A DNA stretch of 64,000 bases from Octopus sinensis (GCF_006345805.1 NC_043004.1:45570001-45634000), one strand, 5' to 3'. Shown: positions 25,920-38,447, counted from the first letter of the stretch. Made by a program: numbers and translations. The notes: generated by a model not told the origin, from the sequence alone.

Positions 25920-27470
25920 GGCAGGTCAAATTCCCGAGATCCATGAACGAGTTCTTTCTAGCGGTCTTTGTCCATCATCATCGATGTCATGTCCTGTGTC
26001 TCCCAGAGAAAAGTCTGTCCTTAGGGCATCAGCATGTGTCATCCTCAGTCTCCCTCTTCTAGTGTGTTCGTGTAGGCGCTCTCACAGGAGCACTGAGTCC
26101 CGTATCAACTCTGAACGTCGGTGAGCATGTCCAGCTAACCCCTGTCTTCTCTATGTCATTTTTCGAGCTAACTGTTGGTAGGCTCACGTACAGCTCTGAG
26201 TTCTACATGCTCAGTATATACTGATTAATGTTCAGAGCCATCCTTAGCATTCTCGTCTTGCACCCATCAACTAACTGAGTGAATTTCTTGGTCAGTGTCT
26301 AAGTCTCAGACCCGTGCAACAGCACAGACTCCACTGCAGTAACGAAGAGACAGATCTTTAGGTCTTTACGAACGCTCGACTTCCATACAGATCTCAGACT
26401 GTGGCATGCCGCCCAAACTTTTCTCTTCTTCTTAGTTATATAATCCTCTGTGTTCCCAATCTTTGCCCCCCGATACAGGAAGTCCTCATCCAACTCTAGT
26501 GACTTCCCATCTACATTCATAATCTTCTCTGGCTTCTTAATGCTCCTTACCAGATACTTGGTCTGAATTTCATTCAATTTCAGCCCCACACTTCGACACA
26601 GTCTCCCCCTCCCGCATCAACTCCTCTGCCTCTCTCACTGTGTTTGCCGCTAGAACTAGGTTGTCAGAAAATTCAGTATCTGATAACTTTTTAGCTTTGA
26701 TCCTGCTGCTCTGAGCCGGCGCTACCGTAAAACGAGAGTCCTGGTGTTTCTCCAGCGCAAGGCACATACAATAGTCCACCATGATGATAAAAAGGTAGAG
26801 AGCCAATGTATGTCCCTGAAGCACTCCAGCCAGTATCTCAAAGAACACCGTATTCCCGCCAGGTCTAATTACTTGGGTTCTGGTGTTGGTGTAGAGCAGT
26901 GATATCAGGTCCACTATCTTCTTGGGGATTCCATAAGCCTGTAAGATCTTCGTCAGGCAGCGACGGGCCACAGAATCAAAAGACTTCTCAAAGTCCATGA
27001 AAACCATGACAGCAGGGATACTCTTTGCTCTAGCTCTAGCTCCCTCTAATATCCTCCTCAGCATTAGGATGTGACTGGTGGTTAATCTTCCCTCTCTGAA
27101 GCCTTTCTGTTTGTCCCTGAGATTTTCCATGTCAAGCTGGATCCTGTTAAGAATCATTCTGTTGAGGGTCTTTGCCACGAGTGACATCAGTGAGAATCCC
27201 CTGTAGGTGCTGGTGTTAGAGGGATCTCCCTTCTTTGGCACTGGGACGATGTTACTCTTCCTCCACTGATTTGAAGCAACTACTTTTTCCAGTGCCTGGA
27301 TACAGAACTCTAAGACAATATCATCAAAATCACACCTCTTCAACGCCCCTGGTGCTACTCTATTTTCTCCTTGCCATTCTTGATCTTCTTGGCTCTCTGA
27401 AGCTCCTCTTTGGCGAAGGGTCCTGTATTTATATCCAGTTCCTCAAACAGTAGCATTATCCAGTCAACAG
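25920..27470 (-). pseudogene. 5'-truncated RTE-type LINE (reverse transcriptase and C-terminus), frameshifted
   Basis: ORFs 26570-27343 and 26299-26589 carry RT motifs IVPVPKKGD, YRGFSLMS, QKGFR, DFEKSFDSV, GVLQGHTLA and a degenerate FSDN (YADD). Downstream DGCKTRMLRMALNI and RRQGLAGH are RTE-like. Confidence 0.9.
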
Positions 27471-27989
27471 CCATCCAACAAATATGTGTAAATATGTATA
27501 TATATTTTTCTTTGTATTTGAGCGTATGTGGAAGTGAAATATGCTCACATATCTTGTATAAGCTGCCATAAACAGACATCAATTTTAATACAAATTACTT
27601 CATCGTCTATTATACGAGTCGATAACTTAACTTTGTATATAAATCGATATATTTACTGATTGGCACGTCCAGCATAACCTGGACATGGTGTTTATAACGT
27701 CGTAGACTGCAGTGAACATCCCGAAAACTGCATTAACGACAAATGCTAAAAGCCTTCAAAATCCTATATCGTTTGACAAGATTTAGTCAGCAAAGCGGAT
27801 GACATTACTCTATCATGCGATTTCATCGTAATGCGGATATACTAGACAGAAAAATCAGTCAAACCTCTGTAGAAGAATACTGGCGAGCTGTGTATAGATT
27901 AAGAATACTGTAGAAGAATAGTGCCGAGCTATGTATAGATTAGCTATTATCAGCAGAAGCAGCATTTGTAATGCATATTGGTTTGAGTT

Positions 27990-28195
27990 TTAAACACAAG
28001 GCCAGCAATTTCGCGGGGAGGAGTTAAGTCAATTAGATCGGCCCCGGTGCTCAACTGGTACATGTTTTATCGACCCCGAAAGGATGAAAGGTGAAGTTGA
28101 CATCTGCAGAATTTGATCTCAGAGTGTAAAGACGACCGAAACACCACTTAGCATTTTGCTCAATGTGGTAACGGATTCAGTCGGCTCGCTGCCTT
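27990..28195 (-). mobile_element. SINE family B (alternative tail)
   Basis: Family B body with tail ending ..GGCCTTGTG..AAA. Confidence 0.8.
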
Positions 28196-28222
28196 ATTTG
28201 TAACGAATATTAATTAGCACAA

Positions 28223-28438
28223 AGGCGGCGAGAAGGCTGAATCGTTACCGCGCCAAGCAAAATGCTTAGCAGCATTTCGTCGACCTTTACGTTCTGAGTT
28301 CAAATTCTGCCGAGGTTGACTTTGTTTTTCATCTTATCGGGGTTGACAAAATAAGCACCAGCTGAGCCCCGGGTCGATTTAATTGACTTAATCCCTTCTC
28401 CAAAAATTGATGACCTCGTGCCAAAATTTTTTAAGCCA
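28223..28438 (+). mobile_element. SINE family B (alternative tail)
   Basis: GGCGGCGAG head, GAGTTCAAATTCTGCCGAGG, tail CTCGTGCCAAAATTT. Confidence 0.85.
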
Positions 28439-28943
28439 ATACTAATTAGTACATCCATCTACATATATACAGAAGTCATATACACATTTCTATCAATCTA
28501 ACAATCTATCTACATACATTGTATACAAATTTATCCCTCGGTTTACATTACACCCAGTTCGTAGGGTTATATTTTAACACGACTGTTGGCTACAGGTTGT
28601 AGGAAAGAGACTTTATTATAAAATACAGACCCCTTTTGAACGCATCTACAACAAACGACATATCCACCACGGTCTTAGAATAATACAAACACACGCGCAA
28701 ATATTAAAAATGATACACTCAAGAGATTCCAAAGAATTCATTAAAACACTCCCAATCACTGCTATAATCAATAACGAGTCACTTTTAAGTCACTTGACCA
28801 TTCAACATCCTGCTACTATCATACTACCTTCATTCCTCTATTATTCTCCCTTCTCCGTCTCCTTCTTTTCTTCGTCTTCTTCCTCTCCGCAACGTCCTTC
28901 CTAACTTTACTACTATTACTGTTTAGAATAACACCTACGCAAA

Positions 28944-29146
28944 GGATAAGGAGATAGACAAAGGACATGATTTACCAACGACATCACAGTTGTAACTGAA
29001 TTTTCTTTCAAAGAAGATACTGCTTTTCACTGATTATTTCTGAAATAATAGAAATATTCAGTGAAAAGAGCAGTGTCTTCTTAGAAAATTTCAGTTACAA
29101 CTGTGACGTTGTTGGCAAAACATGTTCTTTATCTATCTCCTTATCC
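28944..29146. repeat. Imperfect ~200-bp foldback
   Basis: GGATAAGGAGATAGA...CAGTTGTAACTGAA...TTTTCACTGA mirrored by TCAGTGAAAA...TTCAGTTACAACTG...TCTATCTCCTTATCC. Confidence 0.9.
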
Positions 29147-29342
29147 CCTTGGAGATTTTGGGTAAAATTATACTAATGTTTCCTTCAAATTTAATTGAAT
29201 TCTATGTTTTGTGCAGCTGAAGATTGTCCTACATTCTAAATTGATGTAATGATTGCATTGTTCAATGAAATGGAGTCGCATGAAACGATCACACTGCACT
29301 ATCTCCGGATATCCTTATTGCCTATTTTGATATATACATATA

Positions 29343-29402
29343 TATGAGAGATTACCATGATATATATATATATATATATATATATCATGGTAATCTCTCA
29401 TA
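29343..29402. repeat. Perfect 60-bp palindrome centred on (TA)n
   Basis: TATGAGAGATTACCATGA-(TA)n-TCATGGTAATCTCTCATA, checked base by base. Confidence 0.95.
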
Positions 29403-29739
29403 GTCAGCGGAAGACGGTTCCGTAATTTCTTGGTGAACAAGCTGCACAAAGGATTTGTCTATAGGGATCAAACGTCTAAGGATAATATTAGCTCACTCCC
29501 CACCACTCAGATCGATGTTGCTTGAACAAGTATGATTAATTGATATATATATATTACGTTGGATCTCCGGTCATGCTGGGACATGGTCTTGAAGTGCTTA
29601 TTAATCAAATGTCAGATCAACAGCACTTATTTTGGTCAGTGCATTTTTTCCAATCTAATATTCATTAGTTAATTGAATTTCGTTTTTCCAAACGGTATTA
29701 GTGTCTTTAAAAGGCTGGTTATGTCACACACATAAACGG

Positions 29740-29780
<41 letters not shown>

Positions 29781-29910
29781 GACACAGACACACACACACT
29801 GCAATTACGCACAAACACACACATACATTCATATCGCATATATATCCATATTATATATAATACATATATATATATATATATATATCGCATATATATCCAT
29901 ATTAAATATA

Positions 29911-29989
<79 letters not shown>

Positions 29990-30640
29990 ATACAAAATGG
30001 GACAAGAACGCAAAACATCCGGAAAATAGGGGATACAAAAAGGGACAACAGAACATCCAGATAGACGATACAAAAACAAACAAGGACGGTTCATTCGAAG
30101 CCTTTTATCTTCAGTCAAGAACCGGATCATCCTCGCAATTTCGGCGGATTAATCTTGAGATTGCTCCAATCTGGCCAGTCCCAAGGAAAAACTAAATTAA
30201 GAGCATTAGATTCCGTGGAAGAAAGCATCGAATATATACGAAAACAAGGACGGAAAAATAGACGATGTTATACGAATATAAATACAAAAAGAATACAAAA
30301 AACAATAATAATAATAATAACAGGACATAACAACAGGCGTCTTTCGACTGGGGACGAATTGAATTCAGCTGGCGTGTGTGGAAATGAAACCTTATGGCAG
30401 AGGGAAGAATATCGATGTGGCAGTGACCGTGGTCAGACGCAAAAGCGCTAGCAATCGGCCAACGGTCACGTGAGAAGAGAAGAGAGAGAAAAAGAGGAGC
30501 AAAGGAATTAAGGAGGGGGAGAAGAGAGAGAGAGTGTGTACAAGTAGATAGACGGAAGAATCAAGGAGTGGCGAGAAGAAAAGAGAGAGACAGGGACATA
30601 GTGAATTGAAAAGTGAGTAAGAAAGGCAAAGAAATGTGAT
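29990..30640 (-). mobile_element. Probable Penelope-like element 3' fragment
   Basis: Purine-skewed tract like other PLE pieces in the window; degenerate CTGAAGA...GAA motif at about 30085-30120. Confidence 0.4.
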
Positions 30641-30650
30641 ATATATATAT

Positions 30651-30933
30651 ATAGAATGGTTGTATACTGTCAATCTAAAACGAACGTGACAGTAGGGGGG
30701 TACACCACCGCTGTATAGCCCTAGGAAGCATCGACGCCTCCTGATGGCTTTGACACATTTTTTCCCAGTGTCCTTATATACATTGTCTCCTCTTCGTAAA
30801 TGTATATAAGGACAAAGGGAAAAAAATGTGTCAAAGCCATCAGGAGGCGTCGATGCTTCCTAGGGCTATACAGCGGTGGTGTATCCCCCTACTGTCACGT
30901 TCGTGTTAGATTGACAGTATACAACCATTCTAT
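30651..30933. repeat. 283-bp near-perfect inverted repeat (~134-bp arms, 14-nt loop)
   Basis: ATAGAATGGTTGTATACTGTC... mirrored to ...GACAGTATACAACCATTCTAT with only a few mismatches or indels. Confidence 0.95.
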
Positions 30934-31990
30934 CGCCCCACCACCGTACATGTCTCTACGAGAGATTTAGAAATTTAGTATTTCTTATATATATATAGAT
31001 ATATATTTATGGTTAAGTGTGTTTTCTTTATGGGTGCATGCGTTTGTTCAGTGTTGGGCATTATGCATTGACCAAGTTCATCATGCTCTATACAGATTTG
31101 TGTCTACGCATAATTACTATCAATAATATAACCTCTGTTATTAAACTCAAACCAAGCCAACAATAACCCTGAGCAAATAACTAGATCTCGTTAGAAAATC
31201 CAGTCAACTTTCGACTTAACATTGCTACTTTTAATAAGTCCATTAGCATGGAAGCTCACAGTAGGCAAGCATTATCACACTTCACCGAACGAAACTAGCT
31301 AAATGTTGATCATCTGTATTACACTTGACCAATCCTAACCTTACCTTGCGAATCAAATCTCTAATGATTAAAAAAAAAATCAAATAAAAGAAGGTATTAT
31401 TTTGTATTTCTTTATTATTACATTTATTAATGTAAAACACTTCGTGTATGTGTGATAGTAAACGCTTCCAGGTTGCAGTATTTCATTCGAGAAACGTCCC
31501 TTTAAAGACGCAGCGTGTTTTAAAAAAATGCAGTATTCTTCAAAACCAAACGAAACGAATCGGTGGAGGACGAACGAGGAAATGAGATTCTTTTATTCTT
31601 TTATTAGTCATTTTTCAGTCTTTTGATCGCGATCATGCTGGAGCAATGCCTGAAAAGATTTTAGTCGAAGAAATAGATACCAGGACTTATTCTTTGTAAG
31701 CTTAGTTCTTATTCTATCATCCCTTTTGTCGAACGGCTAAGTTATGGGAACGTAAAACGCAACAACATTGGTTGCCAAGCGACGATGTGGGCGGTGTATA
31801 TACATATATATTAATAATCCCCCAGAAAAATGTATACACACTTCAGGAAAGGAAAAGTCTGTATAGATATTTTAATTCAGTGTTATCGCAGTTTGATCCA
31901 ACATCGAAAGAGGTATCTATATTTATAGAGGTACTTATACAAGCTGGATATTTATACAGATTATTCCTTTTCTTCAAGTGTGTATACAAG

Positions 31991-32157
<167 letters not shown>

Positions 32158-32756
32158 GAAGTTTTCTTGGGAACGTCTCGTCCTTTACTCTTAGTGGGGG
32201 ATTGGAATGCTACCTTGGACACGCATGTAGACTACGTGGGTAGAGACAGAAACAGAAGGGGATGAAAATGCCTCAGAGACCTGCTCAGACGATTCCAACT
32301 GTCTGACAGGTACCGACTCGACCACCCAAATGCACCAACGTGGACATGGAGCAACTGCAGTGGGTCGTCGAGATCGTATCTAGATAGGATACTGTGTAGG
32401 ACAGTAGACAAGGATAACTTAGGATGTCCACAATTCCACACAGTCAGCTACACGGATCACAAATTGATGACGTGTACGCTAGACTTAGATAAGGCACATA
32501 GACAGGGTCCTGGGTACTGGAAACTGAACGCATCATTCCCGTCCAGACAAGTTTTCAGAGACCGGATTAGCACACTAGTAAAGAGGGCTTTGACGGGAGC
32601 CATCATCAACAACAATGGTGGTTTGCCCTCAAGAGAGCAGTAAAAGCAGAAGCGATTAGGTACAGCAAAGCACTAGCCATAGATAGAAATAGAGTAGAGG
32701 GTGAGCTAATTAAGAAGCTAGAAGAGGCAATTAGAAGCGGCATCGCATCCGACGTT

Positions 32757-34556
32757 TTGGCGGCGAGGTTGGCCCTCGACCAACACTTCAACGCCAAACA
32801 CGAAGGATGTGCTGTCAGAGCTAGGATGCGTGCTCTAAGGAACGAAGGTGTTGGAGCCGCGAGAGAGGCCCGGGTGGCAGAGGCGCAACAGGGCAACAAA
32901 GCCACCATTCGGTCACTGGTAGATGAACAGGGGCGCGAATTGCTCGAGCCAAGTAAAATGTGTGAGGCCTTTCAGCAGCATTTTGCCCGACTGTTCGGGA
33001 CGAGTGGAGGGCAAGAACGTAGGGTAGACTTCAGTGCCTACCTACATAGCCTGCCACGACTCTCGACAAGAAAGGCAGGGTGCTGCGAAGGTGCCATCAC
33101 GGCGGCGGAAGTGCGGGAAGCGATGGCAGAATGCTCGAGGGACAAATCACCGGGTTTGGATGGTCTACCCTACGAATTTTACTATTGTATGCCAGACTTG
33201 TTTGGAGACGTCTTGGCAGCGGTATACTGCAACTGGCAGCAAAACGGGAGCATACCCGGTTTTGTGAGTCGAGGAGCTGTAACTCTGCTGAAGAAAGATC
33301 CAAACAAGGGAAACATTATAGATAACTTTAGGCCAATCACTCTGCTCAATGCAGACCTGAAAATTTTGACAAAGGTGTTAGCCAAGAGGTTGGCGCTTGT
33401 CATGGAGAAACTGGTCGACAACGCACAAACGTGCGCCGTGCCGGGCCGGAGCATCCATGACAACCTCCATCTGATGCGCTACATCATAGACAGGGTAGTT
33501 AACGAACCTGGCATGGGTGGGGCCCTGATCAACTTGGATCAATCGAAAGCCTTTGATAGGGTAGACCATCGATACTTGGAGGCAGTCCTGAGAGCGGCTG
33601 GTTTCGGTCCCGTCTTCCGCGGCTGGATAGCTGCCTTGTACAGAGGCATCCGTTCGGTAATTCGCGTAAATGGACATCTATCGAGACCCTTCGACATTGC
33701 ACGTTCGGTCCGTCAGGGATGCCCCCTCTCGGCGCTTCTATACGTATTGACTCTTGAGCCACTACTGCGGAAGCTGGCGACTCTGAGGGGCATTCCGCGA
33801 GAATTAGGATGCGGGACGAGCGTGTCTGCATACGCGGACGACGTCACCGTCATAGTGTCAAGCCACGAGCACATCGAGCGGGTCGGCGAGACACTGAAAG
33901 ACTACGAAGCGGTGACAGGAGCAAAAATCAACCGGGAAAAGTCAGTGGGCTTGCGGCTCGGCACCTGGAGAAGCAAGCCCATGCCGTCCACCAGTACCTC
34001 CGTCGTGGGACGCTGGACAGACGGCCCGGTTGAGTTGCTCGGGGTCTGGTTCGGTCCGGACCTCCAAATGGAGAAGAACTGGAACGAGATAACGAGTAGT
34101 GTGGTCACTCTCGCCCAGCAATGGGCCGAGAGGAAACTGTCCCTAAAAGGTCGGGCGGAGGTGGTGAACGCGTACATCGCGTCCATCATCTACTACCGCC
34201 TGACCGTCGTACCTTGTCCCGACCCTACCATCACCAAACTAGAACGCATCCTCTTCCGCTTCTTGTGGAAAGGATGCGTCCCGATGGTCAGGCGATCCAT
34301 TTGCTGTCAACACCCGTTAAAAGGAGGGCTGGGCATGCCGTGGTTGATGATGCGCAGACACGCGCTGAGACTGCGACATCTCCGGCTCTATGTAGACGAC
34401 GGTGAACAGGTGTGGTCGCCGTTTGTGAGGCACGCATTCCCGCAACTCGTCTCCATGACCGAACTACAGTCGTGGATCAAAAAGAGGCCGAAGAAGGGCG
34501 AATGGCACCGCGAATGTCGCGTTGCTCTCAAGCCGTCCCGGGTCGACCTTGAGTGA
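32757..34556 (+). CDS. Longest intact segment of Tx1 ORF2 (reverse transcriptase), part of a disrupted ORF
   Basis: 599-codon ORF with the full set of non-LTR RT motifs. Confidence 0.85.
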   Translation: MAARLALDQHFNAKHEGCAVRARMRALRNEGVGAAREARVAEAQQGNKATIRSLVDEQGRELLEPSKMCEAFQQHFARLFGTSGGQERRVDFSAYLHSLPRLSTRKAGCCEGAITAAEVREAMAECSRDKSPGLDGLPYEFYYCMPDLFGDVLAAVYCNWQQNGSIPGFVSRGAVTLLKKDPNKGNIIDNFRPITLLNADLKILTKVLAKRLALVMEKLVDNAQTCAVPGRSIHDNLHLMRYIIDRVVNEPGMGGALINLDQSKAFDRVDHRYLEAVLRAAGFGPVFRGWIAALYRGIRSVIRVNGHLSRPFDIARSVRQGCPLSALLYVLTLEPLLRKLATLRGIPRELGCGTSVSAYADDVTVIVSSHEHIERVGETLKDYEAVTGAKINREKSVGLRLGTWRSKPMPSTSTSVVGRWTDGPVELLGVWFGPDLQMEKNWNEITSSVVTLAQQWAERKLSLKGRAEVVNAYIASIIYYRLTVVPCPDPTITKLERILFRFLWKGCVPMVRRSICCQHPLKGGLGMPWLMMRRHALRLRHLRLYVDDGEQVWSPFVRHAFPQLVSMTELQSWIKKRPKKGEWHRECRVALKPSRVDLE

Positions 34557-35208
34557 CTTCAACACAACCAAAGCATTCTATAGGGGATTAGTGGAGGGGA
34601 GGTACGACGACGAGCTCGGGGCAAACCTGGGCGTCGACGAGGAATACCTGACCCGCCTGTTTCAAACGACTTTCGGCCCGGGACCTATGGACAACTTCCA
34701 GAGATCCCTGGCCTGGCGGTGCTACCGAGAAGCGCTACCCGTTCGGGATAAGCTCTATAGGCATGGCTCGAGAAACACGGGGCCGACCTGCCCGAGATGC
34801 GGGCAGAGCGACGAAACCGCTCTGCACGCAATCGTGCAGTGTCCAGCAATTTCCCACCTGTGGGCTTATGTCGAACGACTGCTGTCACGTGTGGGACGTG
34901 TCGGTTTATCAGCCGAGTCTATCGTTAATATCGTCACGCCTCCTTCCTTCAAACGGGAAGGAAGAGCTATTTTTATCATACTTGTGGCTATGGCGAAAGA
35001 ATGTATCTGGTGGACGCGTCTGAAAGGATTAGAGACAAACACTTTCCTCTCTGGTCAATCTCTCATCAACTTCTTCAAGTATCACTTGAAGAAAAAAGTG
35101 AGAGTAGAGAGGCAAGTTTTGTCTAGTGAATGTTTTAAAAAAAGATGGGTGAATGTAGCAAGGATGGCACGTATGAATGACGAAGCCACCTTGACTATGA
35201 TTCTATGA
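34522..35208 (+). CDS. C-terminal segment of Tx1 ORF2 (zf-RVT-like), frameshifted from the RT segment
   Basis: AWRCYREALPV and CPRCGQSDETALHAIVQC motifs. Confidence 0.8.
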   Translation: MLSSRPGSTLSDFNTTKAFYRGLVEGRYDDELGANLGVDEEYLTRLFQTTFGPGPMDNFQRSLAWRCYREALPVRDKLYRHGSRNTGPTCPRCGQSDETALHAIVQCPAISHLWAYVERLLSRVGRVGLSAESIVNIVTPPSFKREGRAIFIILVAMAKECIWWTRLKGLETNTFLSGQSLINFFKYHLKKKVRVERQVLSSECFKKRWVNVARMARMNDEATLTMIL

Positions 35209-35392
35209 ACCGTAAAAATTAATACAGAGAGTTGCTTATTTGCAAAAAAAAAAAAAAAAAAATATAACATGTAACTTCATTGACCGAGATTTTTTTATTG
35301 TTTTATTTTTTTTAAACCTTCAAAAGAAAAGCTCTACCTTGTAATTTGTTCTATCTGTGTGCAGCCCTGTGTGGCTAATAAAGAAACAAACA

Positions 35393-35445
<53 letters not shown>
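35393..35445. repeat. (TATC)13, 3' flank or tail of the Tx1 LINE
   Basis: Directly follows AATAAAGAAACAAACA. Confidence 0.97.
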
Positions 35446-35454
35446 GTACAAAGA

Positions 35455-35597
35455 GATTCTTTCAGTTTCCGTCTACCATATCAACCCATAAGGCTGTGGC
35501 TGGCCCGAAGCTGTAGCAGAAGTCACTTCCCCAAAGTGTCACATAGTGTGACTGAACCTGAAACCAAGCTTCTTACCACACAGCCACGCCTGCGCCT
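35455..35597 (-). mobile_element. SINE family A, 5' half
   Basis: TTTCAGTTTCCGTCTACC...CACAGCCACGCCTGCGCC. Confidence 0.7.
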
Positions 35598-36016
35598 ATC
35601 GATATTCCGCGATTATTTTTGATCATCGGTGCCGTTCATTAGATTCATCCCCGAAAAAATTCGAATCACTGGTGAATTGAGCATAAGGCAAAAATATCTG
35701 TGAAATATCAATATCCGTCGTTCTCTTTAATTTCCGAGTCGTTTTGCCTGGTTTTGAAGTATACGTTTTTAATTTTATCTTTTACTTGTCTCAGACATTA
35801 AACTACGGCCACGCTGGGGCACTGCCTTGAAACTTTTCTTTAGTCGAACGAATCGACTCTTGTTTTTTTTTAAACTTCATACTTATTCTTTTATTCTCTT
35901 TTGTCGAACCGCTAGATTACGAGTGCATAAACAGATCGATAACAGTTGTCGGGCTATGGTGGGAGAGAAACACAGAATCAAAGACACACACACGCACACA
36001 CGCACACACACACACA

Positions 36017-36061
<45 letters not shown>

Positions 36062-36167
36062 TTACGTTCTACATCTTTAAAAGGATCTTACCAGAACCAA
36101 ATGCTACAACTTAAAAGCGATTAACACCGCATTAAGTTTATGAAATTGGAACGTTACATTTTTATAA

Positions 36168-36500
36168 AGCCGAATGGCTCAGTGGTTAGAGAGGTCTCAC
36201 GATGATGAGGTAGGGTGTTCGATTCCTGGACCTGGCTGTGTGTTGTGTTCTTTACATGACACTTTTATTCCACGTTGCTCCAGTTCACTCAGCTGTAGAA
36301 ATGAGTTGCGACGTCACTGGTGCTGAGCTGTATCGGCCTTTGCCTTTCCCTTGGATAACATCAGTGGCGTGGAGAGGAGAGGCTGGTATGCATGAGCAAC
36401 TGCTGGTCTTCCATAAGCCACCTTACCCGGACTTGTACCTCGAAGGGTAACTTTCTAGGTGCAGTCCCATGGTAATTCGTGATTAAATGGGGTCTTTTAC
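36168..36500 (+). mobile_element. tRNA-derived SINE family E, full length
   Basis: TGGCTCAGTGGTTAGAG A-box, GTTCGATTCC B-box, CAGCTGTAGAAATGAGT body; same family as 48560-49118. Confidence 0.85.
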
Positions 36501-37469
36501 TTTTTTGTGCTGTTTTGTTTTATGACCATTTTCAGTAACTCTTCCATTTCGGTACTATTTTCAGTTTTAATATTGTTCGAATCCTCGGTCCTATTCGAAA
36601 CCTTGACGCCACTGTTGCATCAGTGGCGATATTGTCCGAATCCTCGTCGCCACTGTTCGACCAACGATATAGCGGGATAATAAATAACGTCCTCGCAGAT
36701 CGTTCTACCCAAGATACACAATACTTGTAATTACATTCGACAATACGCACTTTACACAACTCTTTTTCATTTTATTGGCAACTGTTGGCCCTATACAGAG
36801 GGGACGAACAAGGACAGAGAACACAAAGTGGGGGCGTTCTACTTCTTCACAACAATAGTAATAACATGTAAGCTCACTTATTGACATGAGCTATCCTGTA
36901 GTTTTTTAAAATTTTATTTATTTAATTTTTAAAGGAGACTTGAAGACAGAAGCACCCAACCTCCAGTTAGCTATCTAATACAATGATGCTAATAAAAACT
37001 AGGCTACATATATCATCCGAACACTAACAAATGTCAAAGCTTCGGAGGAAGAAACACTCGATAAATGCTTGTTCACCGATCTATTTTCGAATAAAGTTCA
37101 AAACAAATATATAACGTTCATAAGCGTGTAATTGGCTCTCTACATTTGCACTGCAGAATCTGAAGCCTGATTGAACAAATGCCATTTTCCAATCTATTCC
37201 GATGTCATTAATGTCATGGTCCCGTGTTTCTCTGTTGACCAAGAGTACCATGCCAAGTGCTCCTCTCTCTTCCGTATATTTCAACTTAGAGGCGCATGCA
37301 TAACATAGGTTCATTTACTGGTGTCATCCTCGTCACTTTTGAGAGGAGGCACATACCTCAGTAGTCAAAGTCCTTATCAAATTGAAAGGACTTTAGCCAA
37401 AACGGAAAATAATTGTCTTCTATATTTCCAGCCAAGTCCACCGAAAATATCAACCAGTTATTTGTATTG

Positions 37470-37640
37470 GTGTAGGAGTGGCTGTGTGGTAAGTAACTTA
37501 CTTACGAAACACATGGTTCCGGGTTCAGTCCTACTGCGTGGCACCTTTGGCAAGTGCCTTCTACTATAGCCTCGGGCCGACCAAAGGTTTGTGAGTGAAT
37601 TTGGTAGACGGAAAGGCGATGCTCCAGCATGACCGCAGAG
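37470..37640 (+). mobile_element. SINE family A with internal deletion
   Basis: Head and core joined directly to the GCTCCAGCATGACCGC tail segment. Confidence 0.8.
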
Positions 37641-37721
37641 TGTGGTAGATTCTTATTTTATCGATTTTGAAATAAAACAATCAAAATCGATGGTAGAGTG
37701 ATTCGAACTCAGACTACTGGT

Positions 37722-37900
37722 TTCAAATTTTGGTACAAGGCCAACAATTTCTGGGGACGGGGCAAGTCGATTACATAAACCCCAGTGTTTAACTGGCACT
37801 TATTTTACCGACCCCAAAAGAATGAACGATAAAGTCGACCTCGGCGGAATTTGGATTGAGAACGTAAAGACGGACAAAATGTCGCTAACTATTTTGTTCG
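37722..37900 (-). mobile_element. SINE family B (alternative tail)
   Basis: TTTCAAATTTTGGTACAAGGCC...GTCGACCTCGGCGGAATTTG. Confidence 0.8.
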
Positions 37901-38084
37901 CTCAGAATATCAAGCTTTCGAACTCAGTATATTAAGCTAAGGAACTAATAACTACAAATAACTGTTTGCACCTCTTCCGATACCGCTGTCTTATTCTGCT
38001 ATACTCATATGAAATATATTGAGGAAAGAGATGGTGCAAACACACACAGACACATAAATATATTCGCTATAAAATACATCAGAG

Positions 38085-38310
38085 AATGAGAAAATGGCCA
38101 TTGTATATACTATAATCGGAATCCCAGCAGAAAAGAAGACTAAGACAAATGGTTCGGGTATTAGCGTTAAAGACTATCAAGAAATATCTTAATCGGCGTA
38201 TCCTTTACAACAACAGACAATATAGTTCTGACAGAAAGGTCTGAATATAAAGGCTTGGAAATAGAGGTATTTAGAATGTAGCCATTGAAGAGAAAGAAAC
38301 AGTTCCCTAG
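38085..38310 (+). pseudogene. R4/Dong-type non-LTR retrotransposon endonuclease (RLE) relic
   Basis: Reads ENEK...KTNGSGISVKDYQE..LIGVSF..TDNIVLTE..SEYKGLEIEVFRM, matching RPDIVVKD...LIDVSxPxDxN..KYKDLEIEVxRMW. Confidence 0.6.

Positions 38311-38447
<137 letters not shown>

Noticed and set aside
37150-37330. VDQEYHAKCSSLF-containing frame as a DNA transposase relic
   Set aside because: A single short motif with no supporting neighbours; cannot be assigned without a search.
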